A DNA stretch of 64,000 bases, from NCBI RefSeq assembly GCF_006345805.1, contig NC_043010.1:50530001-50594000 (forward strand), in the 5' to 3' direction. The notes below the pieces were generated by a model that made no database searches, had not been told where the DNA came from, and worked only from the letters and a program-made list of their open reading frames with translations. The DNA is from Octopus sinensis. Its lineage: Eukaryota. This document shows positions 11,326-23,446 of the stretch, piece by piece (within the stretch, counting starts at the first letter, position 1; each line of letters starts with the position of its first letter). The position numbers and the translations under genes were made by a program.

Positions 11326-13480
11326 TTCATAACCAGGACCCTGTCTATGAAGCATATATAAGTCAACCGTACAGCTCATGAATTTGTGGTTTGTGTAACC
11401 GACGATTTTTAAAAATGGACAACTTATACTATACTTATCTACTGACCTACAGAACACTATATCCAGATACGACCTAAATGACCCGATGCAGTTCGTCCAT
11501 GTCCACACTGGCACACACAGGAAATCTAGTCGGTACCTGTCAGACAATTGGAAATGCATGAGCAGGTTTGCAAAGTTTTTACACCCTCCTCCTCTATCTG
11601 CTAAACCTACAGTCCCGGCGTGCGTTTTAAGATACCGTTCCAGTCTCCCATTAACACTAAAGAGTGAGACGTTCCTTGAAAGGTCTTGAGGCACCTGAAG
11701 AAATCAGGGCGTCCTGCCCCTGTTGGAGCATAGACAGCCACTAGCCTGAAAGCGTAGTCTTTGCTGCTGGTCACAACCGGCACTGCCAACTTACCTTCTG
11801 GGTCCAGGAAGATAACCCATATCACGAGATCCAAGCTTTTCCAAAACAACACAGCAGCACCACCTCCGTATCCCACATCTGTGTACGAGGTGTACACATC
11901 TCCAAGCCATGTGGGATACATGGCTTGGAGATGCGTACACCTCGTAGTTACCAAAAATGGGTGCGAAGAGTCGTGCCTCTGAAATTCTAGTTTCGCTGAT
12001 GGCCGCCACATCTATGTTCAGTGCCCTGAAGTCGTTGAGTGGGTGAACCTGCTTCCAGAACGACCCCAGTATACTGCATATTCTGAGTGAGGCTGTATAT
12101 TCTGAGTGAGGCTATGTATACTGCATATTCTGAGTGAGGCTATGTTGACTAAAGAGTTGGGGGAAGTGGAAAAGACCACTTACATTATGCTTTTGGAGGA
12201 AGGGTGGTTGCCCCATCCTTGTGTCCAGTTGTGGGTTCTTTCACGAGATCATCTTTATACATTCTATTTGATAGAGTCCCTCGGTAGTCTCCTGTTGCCC
12301 TGGGGGAATTTCTTTGTTAGACTTGTGTATGTGATTTGGTTTATGTGTATTATTTTTATGTTTGCGAGTGATGTGATCTTTTTTTTGTGTTATGCAATTT
12401 GTTTTCGATATGCTGGTGTTATAATGTATGTGGTGGAGTAAGCTTTTGCTGTGAATGTTTATAGCTGTGTAGGGTGTGAAATTTGTCTTTGTTGTTGCAG
12501 ACAAAGGTTTGAATGTGTTTGGGATATTAAATGTTGTAATGGTTGTGGAGGTAAGGTGAGCTTGGTGGTGATGGTGGTGGCAACGGCGGCGGCGGTGGTG
12601 GTAGTGGATTAGGCTGGTACTGTGAAGATTAGTGTATGTGTTATGCTTATGATGCGTCTTTTTGAATAGTTTCTTTTGTGGGTGAATTGTCAACTTCTTT
12701 CTTTTTTTCCTTTATTATTTACAATTTTCCACTACCCCCACCACCCCCACCACCACCACCGCTACCACCACCATTGCTACATTCCATGTCCATGCGTGCC
12801 AAGTCGGAGAGGAGCACTCCTCTATTTATGGGGCTTGTTACGTATGTTTGAGCTGTTTGTAGCGTGGTAGATGGTGGCGTGAAGGTTCAGCTACTGTTGT
12901 TGGTAGAAGGCTTGGTGGTATTGTAACCGCTGATGGTACCAGTGTGGGTTGTGGCGTAAGCAGGAGAGAGGAGGCCACATGTGTTTCATGGTTTACTGAG
13001 GGCAGAAAGCCTTCAGGTACATTTTTGCACCACATGTGTTGTACTTTGGCCTACAGCCCTCTACGGTCTCAGAGAGATGGGTGCCGTCCACATCGTCTAT
13101 TATGTCTGGAATGACGTCACAGTTTCCTGGGTTGTTTGGGTGAAGAAATTCCATCCCGGACCCCGATCGGTTTTCAGTCTTTATTTTTTAACTTCGAGGA
13201 TTTGGGTTGTCTTCTCAACATCCATGAGGACAACTGCCACCAGCCATGAAATAACTATTGTGGACGGCACCCGGGATACTTTAATTTTTACTACTCTTTG
13301 GCCACAATATGTTGGCAGCAGGGTAAGCTCTTTTCTCCTGAGTGGTGTCAGGGAGCATTGTCTTACATCCTCTGGTGCCTTAAATAATACATCCACCATC
13401 CCAAATCCCCTACCAAGGTTGATATGGTTCTTGCATTCCCATACGCAACCCAAAACATTTTGGATCTGGGACTAGCAAAA
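11325..13480 (-). mobile_element. Degenerate Tx1/L1-clade LINE, 5' part (ORF1 plus APE endonuclease)
   Basis: ISETR, GGGAAVLF, RLVAVYAP, LMGDWNG, TWTN...RSYLDIVF and HKFM APE motifs across frameshifts; ORF1-like segment at 13181-13453; no RT. Confidence 0.8.
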
Positions 13481-13701
13481 AAGATTAGTTTATTTTGTCT
13501 CTCTGTCTTTTCTCCTGGCGCGATATGAACATTTAAGGTGGTTTTAGGGTCAGGGTTTTGACTGCTATTTCAGCATGGTGGTATCTCTCAGATACGCTAA
13601 TTTATAGTTTTAAATTATTTTTACCTTTGTATGGTATTTATTCCCATGCTGGCCACTTGATAAGATCGATATTTAAATATCGATATTATCCTTATATATA
13701 A

Positions 13702-13758
<57 letters not shown>

Positions 13759-14590
13759 ACGGGCTTCATTCAGTTTCTGTCTACCAAATCCACTTACAAG
13801 GCTTTGGTTGACCCAAGGCTATAGTAGAAGACACTTGACCAAGGTGCCATGCAGTGGGACTGAACCCGGAACCTTGTGGTTGGTAAACAAGCTTCTTACC
13901 ACACAGCCACCCCTACGCCTATATGTATGTTTGTATATATGAATGTGTGTATATATATATATATGTATATATGTGTGTGTGATGTATCTCCTTTGTGGCA
14001 GTACACCTGTTTCTATCCTCACTCTCTCTTTCCAGCTGGGTAACTTTGTACCTCCTCTCGTGTGAGACATCTGTTTTTGCTTCTCTGTCTCACATTTCAT
14101 CATCTAACAAGATCACCTCCTCTGATGCCCCCCACCCTCAAAACATTTTTGTCTTGAAAGTTACTTGGTGACTCTGTCAGTGCAGGTGCCACTTAAAAAA
14201 AGCATTCAGTCCATACAGTAAAATGAATGGTGTTTGGAAGGGACCTGACTGTAAATACTTTATCAAAACTGACCTCACCTGTGTTTGTGCCATGTAAAAA
14301 GCACTATGTCCACTCTGCTAGGTGGTTGGTATTAGAAAGGGCATCCAGCTGTAAACATTTTTGCCATAAGTCACAGAAATCTGGTGCAGACTTCTGCCTG
14401 GCTGGCTCTCGTGGAACCATCACCACCATGCCAAAGTCAAAAGATGATGATGGTGGTGATGGTGATAGATATATATGTAAATATCTATATATGTATATAA
14501 ACATGGGTATGTATATAGCAAAAATTTAGATTCAGATGAATTAGATACTTGAGTTGAGGCATCAGAATTTAGTATGGTGTTATTCATACA

Positions 14591-14890
14591 GAGGCGCAAT
14601 GGCCCAGTGGTTAGAGCAGCGGACTCGTGATCATAGGATCACAGTTTCGATTCCTAGACCGAGTGTTGTGAGTATTTATTCAGCGAAAACACCTAAAGCT
14701 CCACGAGGCTCCGGCAGGGGATGGTAGCGACCACCCTTGTACTCTTACGCCACCACTTTCTCTCACTCTTTCTTTTGTTGGCCTGCTCACTTAGCCAGTG
14801 AGGTAGCATCATTTGAAGGCTAAAACAATGCGAAGCGCATTGTGACCAGCAATATGTAGCAACATCTGATAGCCTGGCTGATCACGGTGA
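14591..14890 (+). mobile_element. SINE family E (tRNA-derived, about 300 bp)
   Basis: Head GAGGCGCAATGGCCCAGTGGTTAG; inverted copy at 48860-49148. Confidence 0.8.
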
Positions 14891-15005
14891 TCATGGAGAT
14901 TATCCATACAGCTTCAAACTAAGGTGATTAAAATCAAAATAAGCAACAGGATATCCAGAGGTAATGCAGTACAATTGTTTCAAGCGACTCCATTTAATTG
15001 AACTA

Positions 15006-15286
15006 TGCAATCATTACATCATTTTAAATGCAGAGCAATCTTTAGCTGCATAAATACATAGAATTAAATTAAATTAAAATGGATGGACACATTAGTATAA
15101 TTTTACCGAAAACCTCCAAGAAGGCAGGGAAATAGACAAAGAACATGCTGTTTTCACTTCAGCTTCTCCTTACCTTCTTGGAGGTTTTAGGTAAAATTAT
15201 ACTAATGTGTCCATCTGTTTTAATTTAATTCTATGTATTTATGCAGCTGAGGATTGCTCTGCATTTAAATTGATATAATGATTGCA
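15006..15286. repeat. Inverted repeat, about 115-bp arms and 48-bp spacer, abutting (TA)n
   Basis: 15006-15124 versus 15173-15286 reverse complement. Confidence 0.85.
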
Positions 15287-15328
15287 TTATGTATATATAT
15301 ATATATATATTATATATATATATATGTA

Positions 15329-15380
<52 letters not shown>

Positions 15381-15825
15381 CAGGTTATGAGAGGTAATGG
15401 TGTCACTGAGACCCAAAGGTGTCAGGTAATGCTGAATAAGTGTTATAAATAGACCATAGTTAAGTTCCAGGTTTGGTGATTTTGTGAATAAGAGGTTCAA
15501 CATTGGTCATATATCAGTGTGTATATAAAAAATTATTTTCGTAATGAGATAAAAAAAACCAAGGCTATCTATTTTCTTTCCTCCACCTCACTCTCTATTT
15601 TGTATCTTATATAAATTAACTATTACTTAACCATCCTCTCACACCATCTCCAATAAAGGGATATAATAAATATCCTGGGAACAGCTGTAAGACCTTCTAT
15701 CTGTAAATTCTAATGTCTACACAGCCTTGGTTTTTTTATCTCATTACAAAATATTGCATATATTTATGTGTGTGTGTATATATATATATATATTTAGTGG
15801 TGGGTGTTTCTCCATGTGTGAACAT

Positions 15826-16045
15826 CATCATCATCATCATCTTCGTTTAGCGTCCGCTTTCCATGCTAGCATGGGTTGGACGGTTCAACTGGGGTCTGGG
15901 AAGCCAGAAGGCTGCACCAGGCCCAGTCTGATCTGGCAATGTTTCTACAGTTGGATGCCCTTCCTAACGCCAACCACTCCGAGAGTGTAGTGGGTGCTTT
16001 TTACGTGCCACCGGCACAGGTGCCAGACGAGGCTGGCAAAAGCTG
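15826..16045 (-). mobile_element. RTE-type 3' tail element (GGCGTTAGGAAGGGCATCCAGC ... (GAT)n)
   Basis: Very frequent short unit: 17652-17955, 19190-19470, 23636-24020, 31165-31345(+), 39130-39430(+), 43640-43830, 57760-58015 and 58490-58825(+). Confidence 0.8.
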
Positions 16046-16418
16046 CTTTTTAAGTTGATATTTGTAAACAAGTATCGCTGTCATACAGATGGTGTCTTTC
16101 GATCCCAATTCTTCCAAAAGGGTATGTTGTGTGACCATGGAGAAATATTTATTATCTTACTTGAAAGTGGTGAAGGGGATTGTGACAGCAAAGAACATCA
16201 GGCCGTAGAAAATCTGCCACTGCAAATTCCATCTACACAAAGTCAGCATGGGAAAATGGACACTAAAACAATAATGGTGGTGGTGGTGGTGGCAATGTAT
16301 TTTTTGAATAAAACATTTCATTTCACATTGCTCCAGTCCACTCAGCTAACAAAAATGGGTAATCCTGTGACCGACCAGTGTCCTGTCCAGGTGGGGAATA
16401 TAAATGCTGCAGCAACTG

Positions 16419-16907
16419 ACATGCATAAGATCTGGTCATCAAATCTAAGTAGAGACTTCAGACTTGAAATCTTCAAAGCCACAGTCGAACCAATTCTACT
16501 ATATGGCTCAGAAACCTGGACGTTATCAAAGAAGCTTGAGAGGCGGTTGGATGGAACCTACACTCGCCTCCTTATGAGAGCTCAAAATCTCTTGTGGAAG
16601 CGCCATCCAACCAAAATGCAAATATATGGGAAACTACCACCTGTGGCATCTCTTGTGAAAAGTAGGAGAGTCCAGTTTGCTGGACATTGTTGTAGAGCTG
16701 AAAAAGAGGTAATTTCTATTCTTCTCCTCTGGAAGCCATCTACTCGCAATGCCAGAGGGCGCACACTCTCCTACCCTGATGTAATCTCCAGGGATACAGG
16801 CATCCAGCAACAGGACCTCCGTAATGCTATGATGGACCGTGAAGTCTGGCATAGCATGGCAAATTCCATTGTCTTGACCACGGTCGAACAATGATGAATG
16901 ATGATGA
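16419..16907 (+). mobile_element. 5'-truncated RTE-clade LINE with open C-terminal ORF and 9-bp TSD
   Basis: FKATVEPILLYGSETWTL...RRVQFAGHC..R motifs; TGA-repeat tail; TSD cagcaactg at 16410-16418 and 16908-16916; inserted in a SINE. Confidence 0.9.
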
Positions 16908-18859
16908 CAGCAACTGGGAAACTGGCCCTTTGACTCAAGAAGGATCTTAATCCATTTCTTTTTTTAAATATTTGCTGAAATTTCTTGTGTGCTTAATTTT
17001 ATCTTTCTTTGCAAAAAAAAAATGAACACATTGGGGTGAGTAACCATTGCTCAAATGCTGTATTAATCACCTGAGCAAATGCATACCATATTCAATTGTA
17101 TATCATTAAGGTGCAGGCGTGACTGTTTGGTAAGAAGCTTGCTTCCCAACCACATGGTTCTGAGATCAGTCCCACTGCATGACACCATGGGCAAGTGTCT
17201 TCTGTAATAGCCTTGGACCAACCAAAGCCTTGTGGGTGGATTTGGTAGATAGAAACTGAAAGAAGCCCATCATATGTGTGTGTGTGTGTGTGTGTGTCTA
17301 TGTTTGTCCCCGACCACTGCTTGACAACTGGTGTTGGTGTATTTATGTCCCTGTAACTTAGCAGTTTAGCAAAAGACACAGATAGAATAAGTACTAAAAC
17401 TAAAACCAAAAATAAGCCCTGAGGTTGTTCGTTCAACTAAAACCCTTCAAGGCGGTGCCCCATCTTGGCCACAGTCAAATGATTGAAACAAGTAAAAGAA
17501 GATTCTATTATGAAATTTGAACATTAATTCTTCAAAAAAAAAAAAATTCATCTTGTAAATCTTGTACATACACATTTTTGCCTTTGTGCACCAGTTGCAA
17601 AACATTTATGTGCATGCACCAGCACACCACTTAGAGAGAACATACATTCGTTCATCATCATCACCATCGTCATCGTTTAACGTCCGCTTTCCATGCTGGC
17701 ATGGGTTGGACGATTTGACTGAGGACTGGCGAACCAGATGGCTGCACCAGGCTCCAATCTGATCTGGCAGAGTTTCTACAGCTGGATGCCCTTCCTAACG
17801 CCAACCACTCCGAGGGTGTAGTGGGTGCTTTTACGTGCCACCAGCACGAGGGCCAGTCAGACAGTACTGGCAATGGCCATGCTCAAATGGTGTTTTTTAC
17901 GTGTCACCTGTACAGGAGCCAGTCTAGCAGCACTGGCAATGACCTCGCTCGAATATTTTTTTTTTTTACGTTGTAACACACTTATGAACAAACGCATTAC
18001 AGTTATGACCATGCAATTATTTTAAAGTTATCTAGGGCTACATTATCTAATGCAAACATTTCCTACCTTTTCCTATTGTTTGCGCACCTAAAACACTTGA
18101 ATTCTTACAACTGCTTCCTATTTTAACTGTTATACAGATAAGCACAGCTGTATGTAGTTTCAGGTTTCATTACACAGCATTTCTGGCAAATGTTGATTTC
18201 TATAGCCTTTGGCTGATCAGGGTCTGGTGAATAATAGTGGTTAGAGTAGAGAGAGTTACCTTTATGAGTCATACTAACTCATAAGGGCTGGTTTCCAAGT
18301 TTCATGGCGTATATATTCCCCACCTAGAAACAATGTCAGTCTGTTGCCGGATAACTCATTTTTGCCAGCTGAGTGGAATGGTGCAATGTGAAATGAAGTG
18401 TTTTGCTCCAGAACACAATGTGTTGCTCAGTCAAGGAATCGAAACCACAATATTACAATCAAGAATCCAGTACCCTAACCACTAAGCCACGCAACTCCAT
18501 GTGTAGTATTGAGGGGTTTGGCATTAGAAGAAAGACATGCCCACCTTAGATGGAGAGAGGGGGAAGAGAGAAGAGAGAGAGAGAGAGATGGTGAAGATGT
18601 GACAGAAAGGTCACAGTGGCCAGGCCTCCATATAGTTCTTGTTAACCAATTTCATTCATAAGGCACTGGTCAGGCTACAGTAGAAGACACTTGCCCGTGG
18701 TACCACACTGTGAGGCAGAACAAAAGGCTATGTAGTTTCATAGTAATTTCTATCCATAAACCTATGTTTGTGCCTACATCACTTTTGATATAATTTTCTT
18801 TTATCATTAATGAATCTGAATAGCAGAGCAAGGAATCACAGTCTAGACCTTTTTTTTTT

Positions 18860-20850
18860 TACTTTTGGACCCTTCTGATCCCTATCTAACTCTACAGGAC
18901 CCTCATAGCCATTTGATGTTTAAAAAAGTTTTATTATATTTTTATAATTAACCTTTTAGCATTCAGATTATTCACCTTGTTTTGAATTAATCCTGCATTC
19001 TCTCATAGCGCAGGAGTGGCTTTATGGTAAGTAGCTTGCTTACGAACCACATGGTTCCGGGTTCAGTCCCATTGCGTGGCACCTTGGGCAAGTGTCTTCT
19101 ACTATAGCCTCAGGCTGACCAAAGCCTTGTGAGTAGATTTGGTAGACGGAAACTGAAAGAAGCCCAACATATATACGTGTATATATCTACGTATCATCAT
19201 CATCGTTTAACGTTCGCTTTCCATGCTAGCATGGGTTGGACGATTTGACTGAGGTCTGGTGAACCAGACTCCAATCTGATCTAGCAGAGTTTCTACAGCT
19301 GGATGCCCTTCCTAACGCCAACCACTCCGAGAATGTAGTGGGTGCTTTTACGTGCCACCGGCACGAGGGCCAGATTGGTGGTACTGGCAACGACCACGCT
19401 CAAATGATGCTTTTTATGTGCCACCTGCACAGGAGCCAGTCCAGTGGCACTGGCAACGACCTGGCTCGAATGTTTTGGGGGGAGGGGAGTTGCGTATATA
19501 TATACATATATGTGTGTCTGTGTTTGTCCCCCCCCCCCAACATTGCTTGACAACTAATGCTGGTGTGTTTACGTCCCCATAACTTAGCGGTTCAGCAAAA
19601 GAGACTGATAGAATAGTACTAGGCTTATAAAGAATAAGTCCTGGGGTCGATTTGCTCGCCTAAAGGTGGTGCTCCAGCATGGCCACAGTCAAATGACTGA
19701 AACTGAAACAAGTAAAAGAGAGTAGCTTAGAGATTTTTAAGATGTGGTTACTTATTTTTAGAATAACACTGTCAGAAAAGTGTGAAAGTCTGGATATGGC
19801 CAGGTTGAATATTTGGTCTGGATAGGGCCGGTTTAAATATCATTAAGAATTGCATTTAAAAAATTGTCAAAATATTTTATGTATTCTTCTATTCTTTCAC
19901 TTGTTTCAGTCATTTGACTGTGGCCATGCTGGAACACCACCTTCAAGGGTTTCTGTGAAATATATCAACTCTAGGACATTTTTTTTTTGAGTCTAGTACT
20001 TATTCTATCTATCTCTTTTCCTGATCTGCTAAGTTACAGGGACATAAACACGCCAACACTAGTTGTCAAGCAGTGATGGGAGAACTAATACAGACACAAA
20101 GACACACACACAGATATAAGTAATAGCAGTCACAAAAGTGACAGAGGGGGCTGGTCAGCACCGATTATGCTAAAATAAGAGTTAAATTAACTCTAAAGCC
20201 ACAAAGCACACTGATTTAATGACTGACAAATGGAGTTAAGTCCCTAGCATATGAAGCCATATCGCAATTTTGAATCTTGTTGTTGACACCTTAATTCTCA
20301 TCAGCCAATCATATAAGAAAAACCGTTTAAATTGTAAGCTGATTTTCTAAACAATGTAAGTGTAAATAACTAATTAAGGTGTTAAAAGCCGCTGATGAGA
20401 ATTAAGGTGTCAACACCAAAATAATCTCCCTCCATACAGTGTTTTGTAGCTTTAGAGTTAATTTAACTCTTATTCTGGCATAATCAGTGCTGACCAACAC
20501 CCTCCGTCACTTTTGTGACCTATTAATTTTGCCTTTAGGTTCTAATTGCTAATAAGCCACCCTTTTAATTATATAAATATATATATATATATATACACAC
20601 ATATACGACAGGATTCTTTCAGTTTCTGTCTACTAAATCCACTCACAAGGCTTTGGTCGACCCCAAGCTACAGTAGAAGACACTTTCCCAAGGTGCCATG
20701 CAGTGGGTCTGAACCTGGAACCATGTAGTTGGGAAGCAAGCTTCTTACCACACAGCCACATCTAGAAGTACAACTAATTATTTGCAGATAAATTTTAACA
20801 ACAAAATTTTATATAGACTCCCAATAGACCCTTATTAAGAACCACTGATC
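18860..20850. mobile_element. Nested stack: hAT MITE > piggyBac MITE > SINE-A > RTE tail, plus further SINE/MITE insertions
   Basis: Left hAT-MITE half at about 18865-18945 and right half ending GAACCACTG at about 20847; piggyBac halves at about 18950-19010 and 19722-19846. Confidence 0.6.
20129..20520. mobile_element. MITE with about 85-bp TIRs and an inner inverted repeat
   Basis: GTCACAAAAGTGAC.GAGGG... / ...CCCTCCGTCACTTTTGTGAC; inner pair gttgacaccttaattctcatcagc / gctgatgagaattaaggtgtcaac. Confidence 0.8.
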
Positions 20851-21915
20851 TAAGCACTTTCCACATTGAAGGAAGGGTCCTGATAACTAGACGAAGATGA
20901 AGTAGATAACATTCAGTTTGAACTCTCATAGATTGGTTTTCGTTTTTGCTTGTTGAGTCTGGAGAAAGGAGAAATGCCTGTCTCTTGCAGGCCCTTTAAA
21001 ACTGGTGAGCTTGACAATAATAATATTTCCTTTAAAACCATTGCAGATCAATACCTGCAAGAAAGACATGAGCAGGGAAAAGATTCCAGAAGGCTGATGT
21101 CATGGGGAAGAAGGACTGGACATAGTGGTTAGTGCAAAACTAAGAGTGTTGTATGCACAAAAAGTGATTGATAGGTGAAAAGATGAATGTGTCAGGGAGT
21201 ACTTGAGTTGTAGAGATATGAGCTCTGAGGAATGGAGGCCATTATAATAACAATAGAAAAGAATGGAAAACAAAAGTTGATAAGGAGTCGGTCAATCAAT
21301 TATTTAATACCATTCACTTGGTGCTTGAACTGTCTTTAGTGCAATCCACTCTGTTGCAGGCATTTGAGTGGTGTCTTTGGTTTGAAATTAGCTTCCTCAC
21401 TTCTTCACACCTGTCTTAGAGGAAGATTTTAAAAGGACCAGGAGCACTGCCCTTCCTTTTCTGTTTAAGCCATTTGTAAAAAACAAAAGGCAGGGTAAGA
21501 AAGAACTGGGGAAAAAGACTGTTTAGTACAGGGTCTGAAGAGGAGTGTAACAGGATGTGGGGAGGTAGAAGGAAGAGAAACAGGTACATTGGTGCTCATC
21601 ATCATTATCATCGTTTAATGTTCGTTTTTTTTTCATGCTGGCATGGGTTGGATGGTTTGACAGAAAGTGGTAAGTCTCAAGGCTGTGCTGAGCTCCAGTG
21701 TCAACTCTGGCATGTTTTCTATAGCTGGATGCCCTTCCTAACACTAGACACAGAGACATTAGTGGTGTTTCAGCAAATCTAGTGAAGGGTGGACCAATCC
21801 AGTAGTGGTAAAAGGGGCAAAGAGAATACACAGCTTTACAGTGGTTAAATGGTGTACAGTGTTGATGAGTAAAAGCTTACTTGTTATTAGAAGGACAGCC
21901 TTCTTTTGCTAATGT

Positions 21916-22258
21916 ATTTCTTTACTGTCCACAAGGGGGCTAAACATAGAGGGGACAAACAAGAACAGACAAAGGGATTAAGTCGATTACATCAACCCCA
22001 GTGGGAAACTGGTACTTTATTTATTGACCCCGAAAGGATGAAAGGCAAAGTCGACCTCGGTGGAATTTGAACTGAGAACGTAACGACAGACGAAATACGG
22101 CTACGCATTTCACCCAGCGTGCTAACGTTTCTGCCAGCTCGCCGCCTTCACAGCTGAATGGCTTTTCCCCAGTGTGCTTGCTGTGATGGATTTGTAATTT
22201 GCCCTTCGTGTCAAATGTCCACAGACATCACAACTGTATGGTTTTCCTCCAGGATGTG
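21916..22258 (-). mobile_element. Chimeric retroposon: zinc-finger fragment fused to a full SINE-B, within a 13-bp TSD
   Basis: cttttgctaatgt at 21903-21915 and 22259-22271; 22148-22258 resembles CDS 22911-23025; SINE-B at 21916-22147. Confidence 0.8.
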
Positions 22259-22366
22259 CTTTTGCTAATGTGTTACATAAAGTGCATGTGTACATATAAC
22301 GGGTGCATCATACGAAAATTTACAGTGTAGTAGTAGTCCAATGAGGATTTAATGAAGAGGTGAATA

Positions 22367-23446
22367 TTAGTTCGATTCAGTCAAAGAAAATGACACACTC
22401 TCACTGAATGTGACATGTGGGAAGTCAGCCTCATGTGTTTTTAAATGAGTTCTCAGCCTGCTGTTTGTCATGAACGTTTTCCCGCAAATGTCACAACAAA
22501 AATGTTTGTCATCTATGTGTATGCGATAATGTCTTTTCAAGTGAGCACTGTCACGAAACCCTTTACCACACATCTCACAGTAAAACGATTTCTCCCCCGT
22601 GTGAGTCTTAATATGTCTCCTTAGGTTATCATTACGTATGAAGTTTCTACCACATACGTCACAATGGAATGGTCTCTCTGTGGTGTGAATCTTTAAGTGC
22701 CTGTTTAACTGGCTGTTGGTAATAAAACCTTTCCAGCAGATTTTGCAATAAAAGGGTCTTTCCCCTGTATGGGTCCTGACATGAATTTTCAAATCTTCGT
22801 TTTTCAGAAAATCTTTGCCACAACTTTTACAATGGAAACATTTTATACCTGTGTGTATTCTTCGATGTTTTGACAAGTGACCCTTAGTTGCAAAATCTTT
22901 ATCACATATTTCACAGCTGAATGGCTTTTCCCCTGTGTGCTTTCTATGATGGATTTGTAATTTGCCCTTCGTGTCAAAACAGTGTCCACAGACATCACAA
23001 CTGTATGGTTTTCCTCCAGTATGGGCTTTAGCATGGCGTTTCAAGTTGTTAGCATCAGAAAAGGTTTGGCCACAAAACACACAATCAAATGGTCTCCCAC
23101 CTACGTGTATCTTTCTGTGTAAATTCAGTTTACGACTGTTACTAAACTCATGTCCACAAATTTCACAGCATAATTCTTTGAATTCGTCATGGACTTTTAA
23201 GTGTTGTTTCAAGTGGTTAATATCAGAGAATCTGTAATGGCAAATGTTACACAGGTAGCAGTTAAGTCTCGTATGAGTTACACTATGCTTTCTGATTTTA
23301 TTCTCAGTCAGGTATATTTTACCACATATCTCACAAGGGAACAAGTCTTGGGATTCAGAATTGGTTTGAGTAAAGTCATCATCAGACACATCACTGCATG
23401 AAGGAAGCAGTGTGACATTATTATCAGTGAGGAGCTCCATTTCCAT
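22367..23446 (-). CDS. C2H2 zinc-finger protein, 11 tandem fingers, single coding exon, 359 aa
   Basis: Eleven C-x2-C-x12-H-x3-H repeats with TGEKP-type linkers and a short acidic N-terminus; no KRAB or BTB domain seen. A strong acceptor (ctttatctttccag) at 23550 implies a spliced 5' UTR. Confidence 0.93.
   Translation of the reverse strand: MEMELLTDNNVTLLPSCSDVSDDDFTQTNSESQDLFPCEICGKIYLTENKIRKHSVTHTRLNCYLCNICHYRFSDINHLKQHLKVHDEFKELCCEICGHEFSNSRKLNLHRKIHVGGRPFDCVFCGQTFSDANNLKRHAKAHTGGKPYSCDVCGHCFDTKGKLQIHHRKHTGEKPFSCEICDKDFATKGHLSKHRRIHTGIKCFHCKSCGKDFLKNEDLKIHVRTHTGERPFYCKICWKGFITNSQLNRHLKIHTTERPFHCDVCGRNFIRNDNLRRHIKTHTGEKSFYCEMCGKGFRDSAHLKRHYRIHIDDKHFCCDICGKTFMTNSRLRTHLKTHEADFPHVTFSESVSFSLTESN

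Noticed and set aside
16055-16894. 279-aa ORF as a host gene
   Set aside because: Chance read-through of unique DNA and a SINE into the TSD-bounded RTE fragment that starts at 16419.
20991-21004. 14-nt plus-strand micro-exon (tctcttgcag ... gtgagc)
   Set aside because: No other plus-strand exons nearby to support it.
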